Of a DNA stretch of 64,000 nucleotides, positions 33,601 through 48,600 are shown piece by piece (the first letter of the stretch is position 1; each line of letters opens with the position of its first letter). The position numbers were made by a program, and so were the translations under genes. Origin of the DNA: Mobula hypostoma (lineage: Eukaryota); contig NC_086107.1 of the NCBI RefSeq assembly GCF_963921235.1, positions 105,712,001 to 105,776,000 on the forward strand. The letters are read 5' to 3'. Below the pieces are notes generated by a model that had not been told where the DNA came from, searched no databases, and saw only the letters and a program-made list of their open reading frames with translations.

Positions 33601-36600
33601 CTCTGACAGTGAGACACACCCTCAGTACTGTCCCTCTGACAGTGAGACAATCCCTCAGAATTGTCCTTCCGAGAGTGAGATACTCCCTCAGTACTGTCCC
33701 TCTGACAGTGAGACACTCCCTCAGTACTGTCCCTCTGACAGTGAGACACTCCCTCAGTACTGTCCCTCTGACAGTGAGACACTCCCTCAGGACTGTCCCT
33801 CTGACAGTGAGACACTCCCTCAGTACTGTCCCTCCGACAGTGAGATACTCCCTCAGTACTGTCCCTCTGACAGTGAGACACTCCCTCAGTACTGTCCCTC
33901 CGACAGTGAGACACTCCCTCAGTACTGTCCCTCCGACAGTGAGATACTCCCTCAGTACTGTCCCTCTGACAGGGTGACACTCCCTCAGTACCGTCCCTCT
34001 GACAGTGAAACACTCCCTCAGTACAGTCACTCCGACAGTGAGATACTCCCACAGAACTGTCCCTCTGACAGTGAGTCACCCCCTCTCTACTGTCCCTCTG
34101 ACAGTGAGACACTCCCTCAGTACTGTCCCTCTGACAGTGTGACACTCCCTCAGTCCCGTCCCTCTGACAGTGAGACGCTCCCTCAGTACTGTCCCTCCGA
34201 CAGTGAGATACTCCCTCAGCACTGTCCCTCCGACAGTGCGACACTCACTCAGTACTGTCCCTCTGATGGTAGGGCAATCCCTCAGCACTGTCCCTCCGAC
34301 AGTGAGGCATTCCCTCAGTACTGTCCCTCCGACAGTGAGACACTCCCTCAGTACTGTCCCTCCGACAGTGTGACACTCGCTCAGTACTGTCCCTCCGACA
34401 GTGAGACACTCCCTCAGTACTGTCCCTCTGACAGTGAGACACTCCCTCAGTATTGTCCCTCCGACAGTGAGATACTCCCTCAGTACTGTCCCTCTGACAG
34501 TGAGACACGCCCTCAGTACTGTCCCTCTGACAGTGAGACACTCTCTCTGTACTGTCCCTCTGACAGTGAGACACTCCCTCAGTACTGTCCCTCCGACAGT
34601 GAGATACTTCCTCAGTACTGTCCCTCTGACAGTGAGAAAATCCCTCAGTACTGTCCCTCTGATGGCAGAGCAATCCCTCAGTACTGTCCCTCCGACAGTG
34701 AGACACTCCCTCAGTACTGTCCCGCTGACAGTGAGACACTCCCTCAGTACTGTCCCTCTGACAGTGAGACACTCCCTGAGTACTGACCCTCCGACAGTGA
34801 GACACTCCCTCAGTACTGTCCCTCCGACAGTGAGACACTCCCTTAGAACTGTCCCTCCGATAGTGAGACACTCCCTCAGTACTGTCCCTCTGACAATGAG
34901 ACTCTCCCTCAGTACCTCCCGTCTGATGGTGTGATACTCCTTCAGTACTGTCCCTCTGACAGTGTGACACTCCCTCAGTACTGTCCCTCTGACGGTGTGA
35001 TACTCCCTCAGTACTGTCCCTCTGACAGTGTGATACTCCCTCAGTACCGTCCCTCCGACAGTGAGATACTCCCTCAGTACCTCCCCTCTGACAGTGAGAC
35101 ACTCCCTCAGTACTGTCCCTCCGACAGTGAGATACTCCCTCAGCACTGTCCCTCCGACAGTGCGACACTCCCTCAGTACTGTCCCTCCGACAGTGTCAGT
35201 ACTGTCCCTCTGACAGTGAGACACTCCCTCAGTACTGTCCCTCTGACAGTGAGACACTCCCTCAGTACTGTCCCACTGATGGTAGGGCACTCCCTCAGTA
35301 CTGTCCCTCCGACAGTGAGACACTCCCTCAGTACTGTCCCTCTGACAGTGAGACACTCCCTCAGTACTGTCCCTCCGACAGTGAGATACTCCCTCAGTAC
35401 TGTCCCTCCGACAGTGAGATACTCCCTCAGAACTGTCCCTCTGACAGTGAGACACTCCCTCAGTACTGTCCCTCTGACAGTGAGACACTCCCTCAGTACT
35501 GTCCCTCTGACAGTGTGACACTCCCTCAGTCCCATCCCTCTGACAGTGAGACACTCCCTCAGTACTGTCCCTCCGACAGTGAGATACTTCCTCAGCATTG
35601 TCCCTCCGACAGTGCGACACTCGCTCAGTACTGTCCCTCCGACAGTGTCAGTACTGTCCCTCCGACAGTGTCAGTACTGTCCCTCTGACAGTGAGACACT
35701 CCCTCAGTACTGTCCCTCTGACAGTGAGACACTCCCTCAGTACTGTCCCTCCGACAGTGAGACACTCCCTCAGTACTGTCCCTCTGACAGTGAGACACTT
35801 CCTCAGAACTGTCCCTCCGACAGTGAGATACTCCCTCAGTACTGTCCCTCCGACAGTGAGATACTCCCTCAGTACTGTCCCTCTCTCAGTGTGACACTCC
35901 CTCAGTACTGTCCCTCTGACGGTGTGATACTCCCTCAGTACTGTCCCTCTGACAGTGTGATACTCCCTCAGTACCGTCCCACCGACAGTGAGATACTCCC
36001 TCAGTACATCCCCTCTGACAGTGAGACACCCCCTCAGTACTAGCCCTCCGACAGTGAGATACTCCCTCAGAACTGTCCCTCTGAGAGTGAGACACTCCCT
36101 CAGTACTGTCCCTCTGACAGTGAGACACTCCCTCAGTATTGTCCCTCTGATGGTAGGGCACTCCCTCAGTACTGTCCCTCCGACAGTGAGACACTCCCTC
36201 AGTACTGTCCCTCTGACAGTGAGACACTCTCTCAGTACTGTCCCTCGACAGTGAGATACTCCCTCAGTACTGTCCCTCTGACGGTGTGATACTCCCTCAG
36301 TACTGTCCCTCTGACAGTGTGACACTCCCTCAGTACCGTCCCTCTGACAGTGAGACACTCCCTCAGTACTTTTCCTCCGACAGTGAGATACTCCCTCAGT
36401 ACTTCCCCTCTGACAGTGAGACACTCACTCAGTACTGTCCCTCTGACAGTGAGACTCGTCCTCATTACTGTACTTCTGACAGTGAGACACTCCCTCAGTA
36501 CTGTCCCTCTGATGGTAGGGCACTCCCTCAGTACTGTCCCTCCGACACTGAGACACTCCCTCAATACTGTCCCTCTGACAGTGAGACACTCCCTCAGTAC

Positions 36601-39600
36601 TGTCCCTCCGACAGTGAGATACTCCCTCAGTACTGTCCCTCTGACAGTGAGACACTCCCTCAGTACTGTCCCTCTGATGGTAGGGCACTCCGTCAGTACT
36701 GTCCCTCCGACAGTGAGGCACTCCCTCAGTACTGTCCCTCCGACAGTGAGACACTCCCTCAGTACTGTCCCTCTGACAGTGAGACACTCCCTCAGTACTG
36801 TCCGTCTGATGGTAGGGCACTCCCTCAGCACTGTCCCTCCGACATTGAGGCACTCCCTCAGCACTGTCCCTCCGACAGTGAGACACTCCCTCAGTACTGT
36901 CCCTCCGACAGTGTGACACTCCCTCAGTACTATGCCTCCGACACTGAGACACTCCCTCAGTACTGTCCCTCTGACAGTGAGACACTCCCTCAGTACTGTC
37001 CCTCCGACAGTGAGTTACTCCCTCAGTACTGTCCCTCTGACAGTGAGACACTCCCTCAGTACTGTCCGTCTGACAGTGAGACATTCCCTCAGTACTGTCC
37101 CCCTGATGGTAGGGCACTCCCTCAGTACTGTCCCTCCGACAGTGAGACACTCCCTCAGTACTGTCCCTCCGACAGTGAGATACTCCCTCAGTACTGTCCC
37201 TCTGACAGTGAGACACTCCCTCAGAACTGTCCGTCTGACAGTGAGACACTCCCTCAGTACTGTCCCTCTGATGGTAGGGCACTCCCTCAGTACTGTCCCT
37301 CCGACAGTGAGATACTTCCTCAGTACTGTCCCTCTGACAGTGCGAAAATCCCTCAGTACTGTCCCTCTGATGGCAGAGCAATCCCTCAGTACTGTCCCTC
37401 CGACAGTGAGACACTCCCTCAGTACTGTCCCTCTGACAGTGAGACACTCCCTCAGTACTGTCCCTCTGACAGTGAGACACTCCCTCAGTACTGTCCCTCC
37501 GACAGTGAGACACTCCCTCAGTACTGTCCCTCCGACAGTGAGACACTCCCTTAGAACTGTCCCTCCGATAGTGAGACACTCCCTCAGTACTGTCCCTCTG
37601 ACAATGAGACTCTCCCTCAGTACCTCCCGTCTGATGGTGTGATACTCCTTCAGTACTGTCCCTCTGACAGTGTGACACTCCCTCAGTACTGTCCCTCTGA
37701 CGGTGTGATACTCCCTCAGTACTGTCCCTCTGACAGTGTGATACTCCCTCAGTACCGTCCCTCCGACAGTGAGATACTCCCTCAGTACCTCCCCTCTGAC
37801 AGTGAGACACTCCCTCAGTACTGTCCCTCCGACAGTGAGATACTCCCTCAGCACTGTCCCTCCGACAGTGCGACACTCCCTCAGTACTGTCCCTCCGACA
37901 GTGTCAGTACTGTCCCTCTGACAGTGAGACACTCCCTCAGTACTGTCCCTCTGACAGTGAGACACTCCCTCAGTACTGTCCCTCTGATGGTAGGGCACTC
38001 CCTCAGTACTGTCCCTCCGACAGTGAGACACTCCCTCAGTACTGTCCCTCTGACAGTGAGACACTCCCTCAGTACTGTCCCTCCGACAGTGAGATACTCC
38101 CTCAGTACTGTCCCTCCGACAGTGAGATACTCCCTCAGAACTGTCCCTCTGACAGTGAGACACTCCCTCAGTACTGTCCCTCTGACAGTGAGACACTCCC
38201 TCAGTACTGTCCCTCTGACAGTGTGACACTCCCTCAGTCCCATCCCTCTGACAGTGAGACACTCCCTCAGTACTGTCCCTCCGACAGTGAGATACTTCCT
38301 CAGCATTGTCCCTCCGACAGTGCGACACTCGCTCAGTACTGTCCCTCCGACAGTGTAAGTACTGTCCCTCCGACAGTGTCAGTACTGTCCCTCTGACAGT
38401 GAGACACTCCCTCAGTACTGTCCCTCTGACAGTGAGACACTCCCTCAGTACTGTCCCTCCGACAGTGAGACACTCCCTCAGTACTGTCCCTCTGACAGTG
38501 AGACACTCCCTCAGAACTGTCCCTCCGACAGTGAGATACTCCCTCAGTACTGTCCCTCCGACAGTGAGATACTCCCTCAGTACTGTCCCTCTCTCAGTGT
38601 GACACTCCCTCAGTACTGTCCCTCTGACGGTGTGATACTCCCTCAGTACTGTCCCTCTGACAGTGTGATACTCCCTCAGTACCGTCCCACCGACAGTGAG
38701 ATACTCCCTCAGTACATCCCCTCTGACAGTGAGACACTCCCTCAGTACTGGCCCTCCGACAGTGAGATACTCCCTCAGAACTGTCCCTCTGAGAGTGAGA
38801 CACTCCCTCAGTACTGTCCCTCTGACAGTGAGACACTCCCTCAGTATTGTCCCTCTGATGGTAGGGCACTCCCTCAGTACTGTCCCTCCGACAGTGAGAC
38901 ACTCCCTCAGTACTGTCCCTCTGACAGTGAGACACTCTCTCAGTACTGTCCCTCGACAGTGAGATACTCCCTCAGTACTGTCCCTCTGACGGTGTGATAC
39001 TCCCTCAGTACTGTCCCTCTGACAGTGTGACACTCCCTCAGTACCGTCCCTCTGACAGTGAGACACTCCCTCAGTACTGTCCCTCCGACAGTGAGATACT
39101 CCCTCAGTACTTCCCCTCTGACAGTGAGACACTCACTCAGTACTGTCCCTCTGACAGTGAGACTCGTCCTCATTACTGTACTTCTGACAGTGAGACACTC
39201 CCTCAGTACTGTCCCTCTGATGGTAGGGCACTCCCTCAGTACTGTCCCTCCGACACTGAGACACTCCCTCAATACTGTCCCTCTGACAGTGAGACACTCC
39301 CTCAGTACTGTCCCTCCGACAGTGAGATAATCCCTCAGTACTGTCCCTCTGACAGTTAGACACTCCCTCAGTACTGTCCCTCTGATGGTAGGGCACTCCC
39401 TCAGTACTGTCCCTCCGACAGTGAGGCACTCCCTCAGTACTGTCCCTCCGACAGTGAGACACTCCCTCAGTACTGTCCCTCTGACAGTGAGACACTCCCT
39501 CAGTACTGTCCGTCTGATGGTAGGGCACTCCCTCAGCACTGTCCCTCCGACATTGAGGCACTCCCTCAGCACTGTCCCTCCGACAGTGAGACACTCCCTC

Positions 39601-42600
39601 AGTACTGTCCCTCCGACAGTGTGACACTCCCTCAGTACTATGCCTCCGACACTGAGACACTCCCTCAGTACTGTCCCTCTGACAGTGAGACACTCCCTCA
39701 GTACTGTCCCTCCGACAGTGAGTTACTCCCTCAGTACTGTCCCTCTGACAGTGAGACACTCCCTCAGTACTGTCCGTCTGACAGTGAGACATTCCCTCAG
39801 TACTGTCCCCCTGATGGTAGGGCACTCCCTCAGTACTGTCCCTCCGACAGTGAGACACTCCCTCAGTACTGTCCCTCCGACAGTGAGATACTCCCTCAGT
39901 ACTGTCCCTCTGACAGTGAGACACTCCCTCAGAACTGTCCGTCTGACAGTGAGACACTCCCTCAGTACTGTCCCTCTGATGGTAGGGCACTCCCTCAGTA
40001 CTGTCCCTCCGACAGTGAGATACTTCCTCAGTACTGTCTCTCTGACAGTGCGAAAATCCCTCAGTACTGTCCCTCTGATGGCAGAGCAATCCCTCAGTAC
40101 TGTCCCTCCGACAGTGAGACACTCCCTCAGTACTGTCCCGCTGACAGTGAGACACTCCCTCAGTACTGTCCCTCTGACAGTGAGACACTCCCTGAGTACT
40201 GTCCCTCCGACAGTGAGACACTCCCTCAGTACTGTCCCTCCGACAGTGAGACACTCCCTTAGAACTGTCCCTCCGATAGTGAGACACTCCCTCAGTACTG
40301 TCCCTCTGACAATGAGACTCTCCCTCAGTACCTCCCGTCTGATGGTGTGATACTCCTTCAGTACTGTCCCTCTGACAGTGTGACACTCCCTCAGTACTGT
40401 CCCTCTGACGGTGTGATACTCCCTCAGTACTGTCCCTCTGACAGGGTGACACTCCCTCAGTACTGTCCCTCCGACAGTGAGATACTCCCTCAGTACCTCC
40501 CCTCTGACAGTGAGACACTCCCTCAGTACTGTCCCTCCGACAGTGAGATACTCCCTCAGCACTGTCCCTCCGACAGTGCGACACTCCCTCAGTACTGTCC
40601 CTCCGACAGTGTCAGTACTGTCCCTCTGACAGTGAGATACTCCCTCAGTACTGTCCCTCTGACAGTGAGACACTCCCTCAGTACTGTCCCTCTGATGGTA
40701 GGGCACTCCCTCAGTACTGTCCCTCCGACAGTGAGACACTCCCTCAGTACTGTCCCTCTGACAGTGAGACACTCCCTCAGTACTGTCCCTCCGACAGTGA
40801 GATACTCCCTCAGTACTGTCCCTCCGACAGTGAGATACTCCCTCAGTACTGTCCCTCTGACAGTGAGACACTCCCTCAGTACTGTCCCTCTGACAGTGAG
40901 ACACTCCCTCAGTACTGTCCCTCTGACAGTGAGACACTCCCTCAGTACTGTCCCTCTGACAGTGAGACACTCCCTCAGTACTGTCCCTCCGACAGTGAGA
41001 TACTTCCTCAGCATTGTCCCTCCGACAGTGCGACACTCGCTCAGTACTGTCCCTCCGACAGTGTCAGTACTGTCCCTCTGACAGTGAGACACTCCCTCAG
41101 TACTGTCCCTCTGACAGTGAGACACTCCCTCAGTACTGTCCCTCTGACAGTGAGACACTCCCTCAGTACTGTCCCTCTGACAGTGAGACACTCCCTCAGT
41201 ACTGTCCCTCCGACAGTGAGACACTCCCTCAGTACTGTCCCTCCGACAGTGAGATACTCCCTCAGTACTGTCCCTCTGACAGTGAGACACTCCCTCAGTA
41301 CTGTCCCTCTGACGGTGTGATACTCCCTCAGTACTGTCCCTCTGACAGTGTGATACTCCCTCAGTACCGTCCCACCGACAGTGAGATACTCCCTCAGTAC
41401 ATCCCCTCTGACAGTGAGACACCCCCTCAGTACTGGCCCTCCGACAGTGAGATACTCCCTCAAAACTGTCCCTCTGAGAGTGAGACACTCCCTCAGTACT
41501 GTCCCTCTGACTGTGAGACACTCCCTCAGTATTGTCCCTCTGATGGTAGGGCACTCCCTCAGTACTGTCCCTCCGACAGTGAGACACTCCCTCAGTACTG
41601 TCCCTCTGACAGTGAGACACTCTCTCAGTACTGTCCCTCGACAGTGAGATACTCCCTCAGTACTGTCCCTCTGACGGTGTGATACTCCCTCAGTACTGTC
41701 CCTCTGACAGTGTGACACTCCCTCAGTACCGTCCCTCTGACAGTGAGACACTCCCTCAGTACTGTCCCTCCGACAGTGAGATACTCCCTCAGTACTTCCC
41801 CTCTGACAGTGAGACACTCCCTCAGTACTGTCCCTCTGACAGTGAGACTCGTCCTCATTACTGTCCCTCTGACAGTGAGACACTCCCTCAGTACTGTCCC
41901 TCTGATGGTAGGGCACTCCCTCAGTACTGTCCCTCCGACACTGAGACACTCCCTCAATACTGTCCCTCTGACAGTGAGACACTCCCTCAGTACTGTCCCT
42001 CCGACAGTGAGATACTCCCTCAGTACTGTCCCTCTGACAGTGAGACACTCCCTCAGTACTGTCCCTCTGATGGTAGGGCACTCCCTCAGTACTGTCCCTC
42101 CGACAGTGAGGCACTCCCTCAGTACTGTCCCTCCGACAGTGAGACACTCCCTCAGTACTGTCCCTCTGACAGTGAGACACTCCCTCAGTACTGTCCGTCT
42201 GATGGTAGGGCACTCCCTCAGCACTGTCCCTCCGACATTGAGGCACTCCCTCAGTACTGTCCCTCCGACAGTGAGACACTCCCTCAGTACTGTCCCTCCG
42301 ACAGTGTGACACTCCCTCAGTACTATGCCTCCGACACTGAGACACTCCCTCAGTACTGTCCCTCTGACAGTGAGACACTCCCTCAGTACTGTCCCTCCGA
42401 CAGTGAGATACTCCCTCAGTACTGTCCCTCTGACAGTGAGACACTCCCTCAGTACTGTCCGTCTGACAGTGAGACACTCCCTCAGTACTGTCCCCCTGAT
42501 GGTAGGGCACTCCCTCAGTACTGTCCCTCCGACAGTGAGACACTCCCTCAGTACTGTCCCTCCGACAGTGAGATACTCCCTCAGTACTGTCCCTCTGACA

Positions 42601-45600
42601 GTGAGACACTCCCTCAGAACTGTCCGTCTGACAGTGAGACACTCCCTCAGTACTGTCCCTCTGATGGTAGGGCACTCCCTCAGTACTGTCCCTCCGACAG
42701 TGAGACACTCCCTCAGTACTGTCCCTCCGACATTGAGACACTCCCTTAGTACTGTGCCTCCGACAGTGAGACACTCTCTCAGTACTGTCCCTCTGACGGT
42801 GTGATACTCCCTCACTACTGTCCCTCTGACAGGGTGACACTCCCTCAGTACCGTCCCTCTGACAGTGAGACACTCCCTGAGTACTGTCCCTCCGACAGTG
42901 AGATACTCCCACAGTACCTCCGCTCTGACAGTGAGACACACCCTCAGTACTGTCCCTCTGACAGTGAGACAATCCCTCAGAATTGTCCTTCCGAGAGTGA
43001 GATACTCCCTCAGTACTGTCCCTCTGACAGTGAGACACTCCCTCAGTACTGTCCCTCTGACAGTGAGACACTCCCTCAGTACTGTCCCTCTGACAGTGAG
43101 ACACTCCCTCAGTACTGTCCCTCCGACAGTGAGACACTCCCTCAGTACTGTCCCTCTGACAGTGAGACACTCCCTCAGGACTGTCCCTCTGACAGTGAGA
43201 CACTCCCTCAGTACTGTCCCTCCGACAGTGAGATACTCCCTCAGTACTGTCCCTCCGACAGTGAGATACTCCCTCAGTACTGTCCCTCTCACAGTGAGAC
43301 ACTCCCTCAGTACTGTCCCTCTGACAGTGAGACACTCCCTCAGTACTGTCCCTCTGACAGTGAGGCACTCCCTCAGTACTGTCCCTCCGACAGTGAGACA
43401 CTCCCTCAGTACTGTCCCTCCAACAGTGAAATACTCCCTCAGTACTGTCCCTCTGACAGTGAGACACTCCCTCAGTACTGTCCCTCTGACAGTGAGACAC
43501 TCCCTCAGTACTGTCCCTCTGACAGTGAGACACTCCCTCAGTACTGTCCCTCTGACAGTGAGACACTCCCTCAGTACTGTCCCTCTGACAGTGAGATACT
43601 CCCTCAGTACTGTCCCTCTGACAGTGAGACACTCCCTCAGTACTGTCCCTCTGACAGTGAGATACTCCCTCAGTACTGTCCCTCTGACAGTGAGACACTC
43701 CCTCAGTACTGTCCCTCTGACAGTGAAACACTCCCTCAGTACTGTCCCTCCGATAGTGAGACACTCCCTCAGTACTGTCCCTCTGACAGTGAGACACTCC
43801 CTCAGTACCACCCCTCTGACGGTGTGATACTCCTTCAGTACTGTCCCTCTGACAGTGTGACACTCCCTCAGTACTGTCCCTCTGACGGTGTGATACTCCC
43901 TCAGTACTGTCCCTCTGACAGTGTGATACTCCCTCAGTACCGTCCCACCGACAGTGAGATACTCCCTCAGTACATCCCCTCTGACAGTGAGACACCCCCT
44001 CAGTACTGGCCCTCCGACAGTGAGATACTCCCTCAGTACTGTCCCTCTGAGAGTGAGACACTCCCTCAGTACTGTCCCTCTGACAGTGAGACACTCCCTC
44101 AGTATTGTCCCTCTGATGGTAGGGCACTCCCTCAGTACTGTCCCTCTGACAGTGAGACACTCTCTCAGTACTGTCCCTCCGACAGTGAGATACTCCCTCA
44201 GTACTGTCCCTCTGACGGTGTGATACTCCCTCAGTACTGTCCCTCTGACAGTGAGACACTCCCTCAGTACTGTCCCTCTGACAGTGAGACACTCCCTCAG
44301 TACTGTCCCTCCGACAGTGAGATACTCCCTCAGTACTTCCCCTCTGACAGTGAGACACTCCCTCAGTACTGTCCCTCTGACAGTGAGACTCGTCCTCATT
44401 ACTGTCCCTCTGACAGTGAGACACTCCCTCAGCACTGTCCCTCTGATGGTTGGGCACTCCCTCAGTACTGTCCCTCCGACACTGAGACACTCCCTCAGTA
44501 CTGTCCCTCTGACAGTGAGACACTCCCTCAGTACTGTCCCTCCGACAGTGAGATACTCCCTCAGTACTGTCCCTCTGACAGTGAGACACTCCCTCAGTAC
44601 TGTCCGTCTGATGGTAGGGCACTCCCTCAGCACTGTCCCTCCGACATTGAGGCACTCCCTCAGTACTGTCCCTCCGACAGTGAGGCACTCCCTCAGTACT
44701 GTCCCTCTGACAGTGAGACACTCCCTCAGTACTGTCCCTCCGACAGTGTGACACTCCCTCAGTACTGTCCCTCCGACAGTGAGACACTCCCTCAGTACTG
44801 TCCCTCCGACAGTGAGACACTCCCTCAGTACTGTCCCTCCGACAGTGAGATACTCCCTCAGTACTGTCCCTCTGACAGTGAGACACTCCCTCAGTACTGT
44901 CCCTCTGACAGTGAGACACTCCCTCAGTACTGTCCCTCTGATGGTAGGGCACTCCCTCAGTACTGTCCCTCTGACAGTGAGACACTCCCTCAGTACTGTC
45001 CCTCCGACAGTGAGACACTCCCTCAGTACTGTCCCTCTGACAGTGAGACACTCCCTCAGTACTGTCCCTCTGACAGTGAGACACTCCCTCAGTACTGTCC
45101 CTCTGACAGTGAGACACTCCCTCAGTACTGTCCCTCCGACAGTGAGACACTCCCTCAGTACTGTCCCTCTGAGAGTGAGACACTCCCTCAGTACTGTCCC
45201 TCTGACAGAGAGACACACCCTCAGTACTGTCCCTCCGACAGTGAGACACTCCCTCAGTAGTGTCCCTCTGACAGTGAGACACTCTCTCAGTACTGTCCCT
45301 CTGACAGGGTGACACTCCCTCAGTACCGTCCCTCTGACAGTGAAACACTCCCTCAGTACTGTCCCTCCGACAGTGAGATACTCCCTCAGAACCTCCCCTC
45401 TGACAGTGAGACACTCCCTCAGTACTGTCCTTCCGACAGTGAGATACTCCCTCAGAACTGTCCCTCTGACAGTGAGACACCCCCTCAGTACTGTCCCTCT
45501 GACAGTGAGACACTCCCTCAGTACTGTCCCTCCGACAGTGAGATACTCCCTCAGTACTGTCCCTCTGACAGTGAGACACTCCCTCAGTACTGTCCCTCCG

Positions 45601-48600
45601 ACAGTGAGACACTCCCTCAGTACTGTCCCTCCGACAGTGAGACACTCTCTCAGTACTGTCCCTCTGACGGTGTTATACTCCCTCAGTACTGTCCCTCTGA
45701 CAGGGTGACACTCCCTCAGTACCGTCCCTCTGACAGTGAAACACTCCCTCAGTACTGTCACTCCGACAGTGAGATACTCCCACAGAACTGTCCCTCTGAC
45801 AGTGAGACACCCCCTCAGTACTGTCCCTCTGACAGTGAGACACTCCCTCAGTACTGTCCCTCTGACAGTGTGACACTCCCTCAGTCCCGTCCCTCTGACA
45901 GTGAGACACTCCCTCAGTACTGTCCCTCCGACAGTGAGATACTCCCTCAGCACTGTCCCTCCGACAGTGCGACACTCACTCAGTACTGTCCCTCTGATGG
46001 TAGGGCACTCCCTCAGCACTGTCCCTCCGACAGTGAGGCATTCCCTCAGTACTGTCCCTCCGACAGTGAGACACTCCCTCAGTACTGTCCCTCCGACAGT
46101 GTGACACTCGCTCAGTACTGTCCCTCCGACAGTGAGACACCCCCTCAGTACTGTCCCTCTGACAGTGAGACACTCCCTCAGTATTGTCCCTCCGACAGTG
46201 AGATACTCCCTCAGTACTGTCCCTCAGACAGTGAGACACTCCCTCAGTACTGTCCCTCTGACAGTGAGACACTCTCTCTGTACTGTCCCTCTGACAGTGA
46301 GACACTCCCTCAGTACTGTCCCTCCGACAGTGAGATACTTCCTCAGTACTGTCCCTCAGACAGTGAGAAAATCCCTCAGTACTGTCCCTCTGATGGCAGA
46401 GCAATCCCTCAGTACTGTCCCTCCGACAGTGAGACACTCCCTCAGTACTGTCCCGCTGACAGTGAGACACTCCCTCAGTACTGTCCCTCTGACAGTGAGA
46501 CACTCCCTGAGTACTGTCCCTCCGACAGTGAGACACTCCCTCAGTACTGTCCCTCCGACAGTGAGACACTCCCTTAGAACTGTCCCTCCGATAGTGAGAC
46601 ACTCCCTCAGTACTGTCCCTCTGACAATGAGACTCTCCCTCAGTACCTCCCCTCTGACGGTGTGATACTCCTTCAGTACTGTCCCTCTGACAGTGTGACA
46701 CTCCCTCAGTACTGTCCCTCTGACGGTGTGATACTCCCTCAGTACTGTCCCTCTGACAGTGTGATACTCCCTCAGTACCGTCCCTCCGACAGTGAGATAC
46801 TCCCTCAGTACCTCCCCTCTGACAGTGAGACACTCCCTCAGTACTGTCCCTCCGACAGTGAGATACTCCCTCAGAACTGTCCCTCTGACAGTGAGACACT
46901 CCCTCAGTACTGTCCCTCTGACAGTGTGACACTCCCTCAATCCCGTCCGTCTGACAGTGAGACACTCCCTCAGTACTGTCCCTCCGACAGTGAGATACTC
47001 CCTCAGCACTGTCCCTCCGACAGTGCGACACTCCCTCAGTACTGTCCCTCCGAGAGTGTCAGTACTGTCCCTCTGACAGTGAGACACTCCCTCAGTACTG
47101 TCCCTCTTACAGTGAGACACTCCCTCAGTACTGTCCCTCTGATGGTAGGGCACTCCCTCAGTACTGTCCCTCCGACAGTGAGACACTCCCTCAGTACAGT
47201 CCCTCTGACAGTGAGACACTCCCTCAGTACTGTCCCTCCGACAGTGAGATACTCCCTCAGTACTGTCCCTCCGACAGTGAGATACTCCCTCAGAACTGTC
47301 CCTCTGACAGTGAGACACTCCCTCAGTACTGTCCCTCTGACAGTGAGACACTCCCTCAGTACTGTCCCTCTGACAGTGTGACACTCCCTCAGTCCCGTCC
47401 CTCTGACAGTGAGACACTCCCTCAGTACTGTCCCTCCGACAGTGAGATACTCCCTCAGCACTGTCCCTCCGACAGTGCGACACTCCCTCAGTACTGTCCC
47501 TCCGACAGTGTCAGTACTGTCCCTCTGACAGTGAGATACTCCCTCAGTACTGTCCCTCTGACAGTGAGACACTCCCTCAGTACTGTCCCTCTGATGGTAG
47601 GGCACTCCCTCAGTACTGTCCCTCCGACAGTGAGACACTCCCTCAGTACTGTCCCTCTGACAGTGAGACACTCCCTCAGTACTGTCCCTCCGACAGTGAG
47701 ATACTCCCTCAGTACTGTCCCTCCGACAGTGAGATACTCCCTCAGTACTGTCCCTCTGACAGTGAGACACTCCCTCAGTACTGTCCCTCTGACAGTGAGA
47801 CACTCCCTCACTACTATCCCTCTGACATTGAGGCACTCCCTCAGTACTGTGCCTCCGACAGTGAGACACTCCCTCAGTACTGTCCCTCCAACAGTGAGAT
47901 ACTCCCTCAGTACTGTCCCTCTGACAGTGAGACACTCCCTCAGTACTGTCCCTCTGACAGTGAGACACTCCCTCAGTACTGTCCCTCTGACAGTGAGATA
48001 CTCTCTCAGTACTGTCCCTCTGATAGTGAGACACTCCCTCAGTACTGTCCCTCTGACAGTGAGACACTCCCTCAGTACCACCCCTCTGACGGTGTGATAC
48101 TCCTTCAGTACTGTCCCTCTGACAGTGTGACACTCCCTCAGTACTGTCCCTCTGACGGTGTGATACTCCCTCAGTACTGTCCCTCTTACAGTGTGATACT
48201 CCCACAGTACCGTCCCACCGACAGTGAGATACTCCCTCAGTACATCCCCTCTGACAGTGAGACACCCCCTCAGTACTAGCCCTCCGACAGTGAGATACTC
48301 CCTCAGAACTGTCCCTCTGAGAGTGAGACACTCCCTCAGTACTGTCCCTCTGACAGTGAGACACTCCCTCAGTATTGTCCCTCTGATGGTAGGGCACTCC
48401 CTCAGTACTGTCCCTCCGACAGTGAGACACTCCCTCAGTACTGTCCCTCTGACAGTGAGACACTCTCTCAGTACTGTCCCTCGACAGTGAGATACTCCCT
48501 CAGTACTGTCCCTCTGACAGTGTGACACTCCCTCAGTACCGTCCCTCTGACAGTGAGACTCGTCCTCATTACTGTCCCTCTGACAGTGAGACACTCCCTC

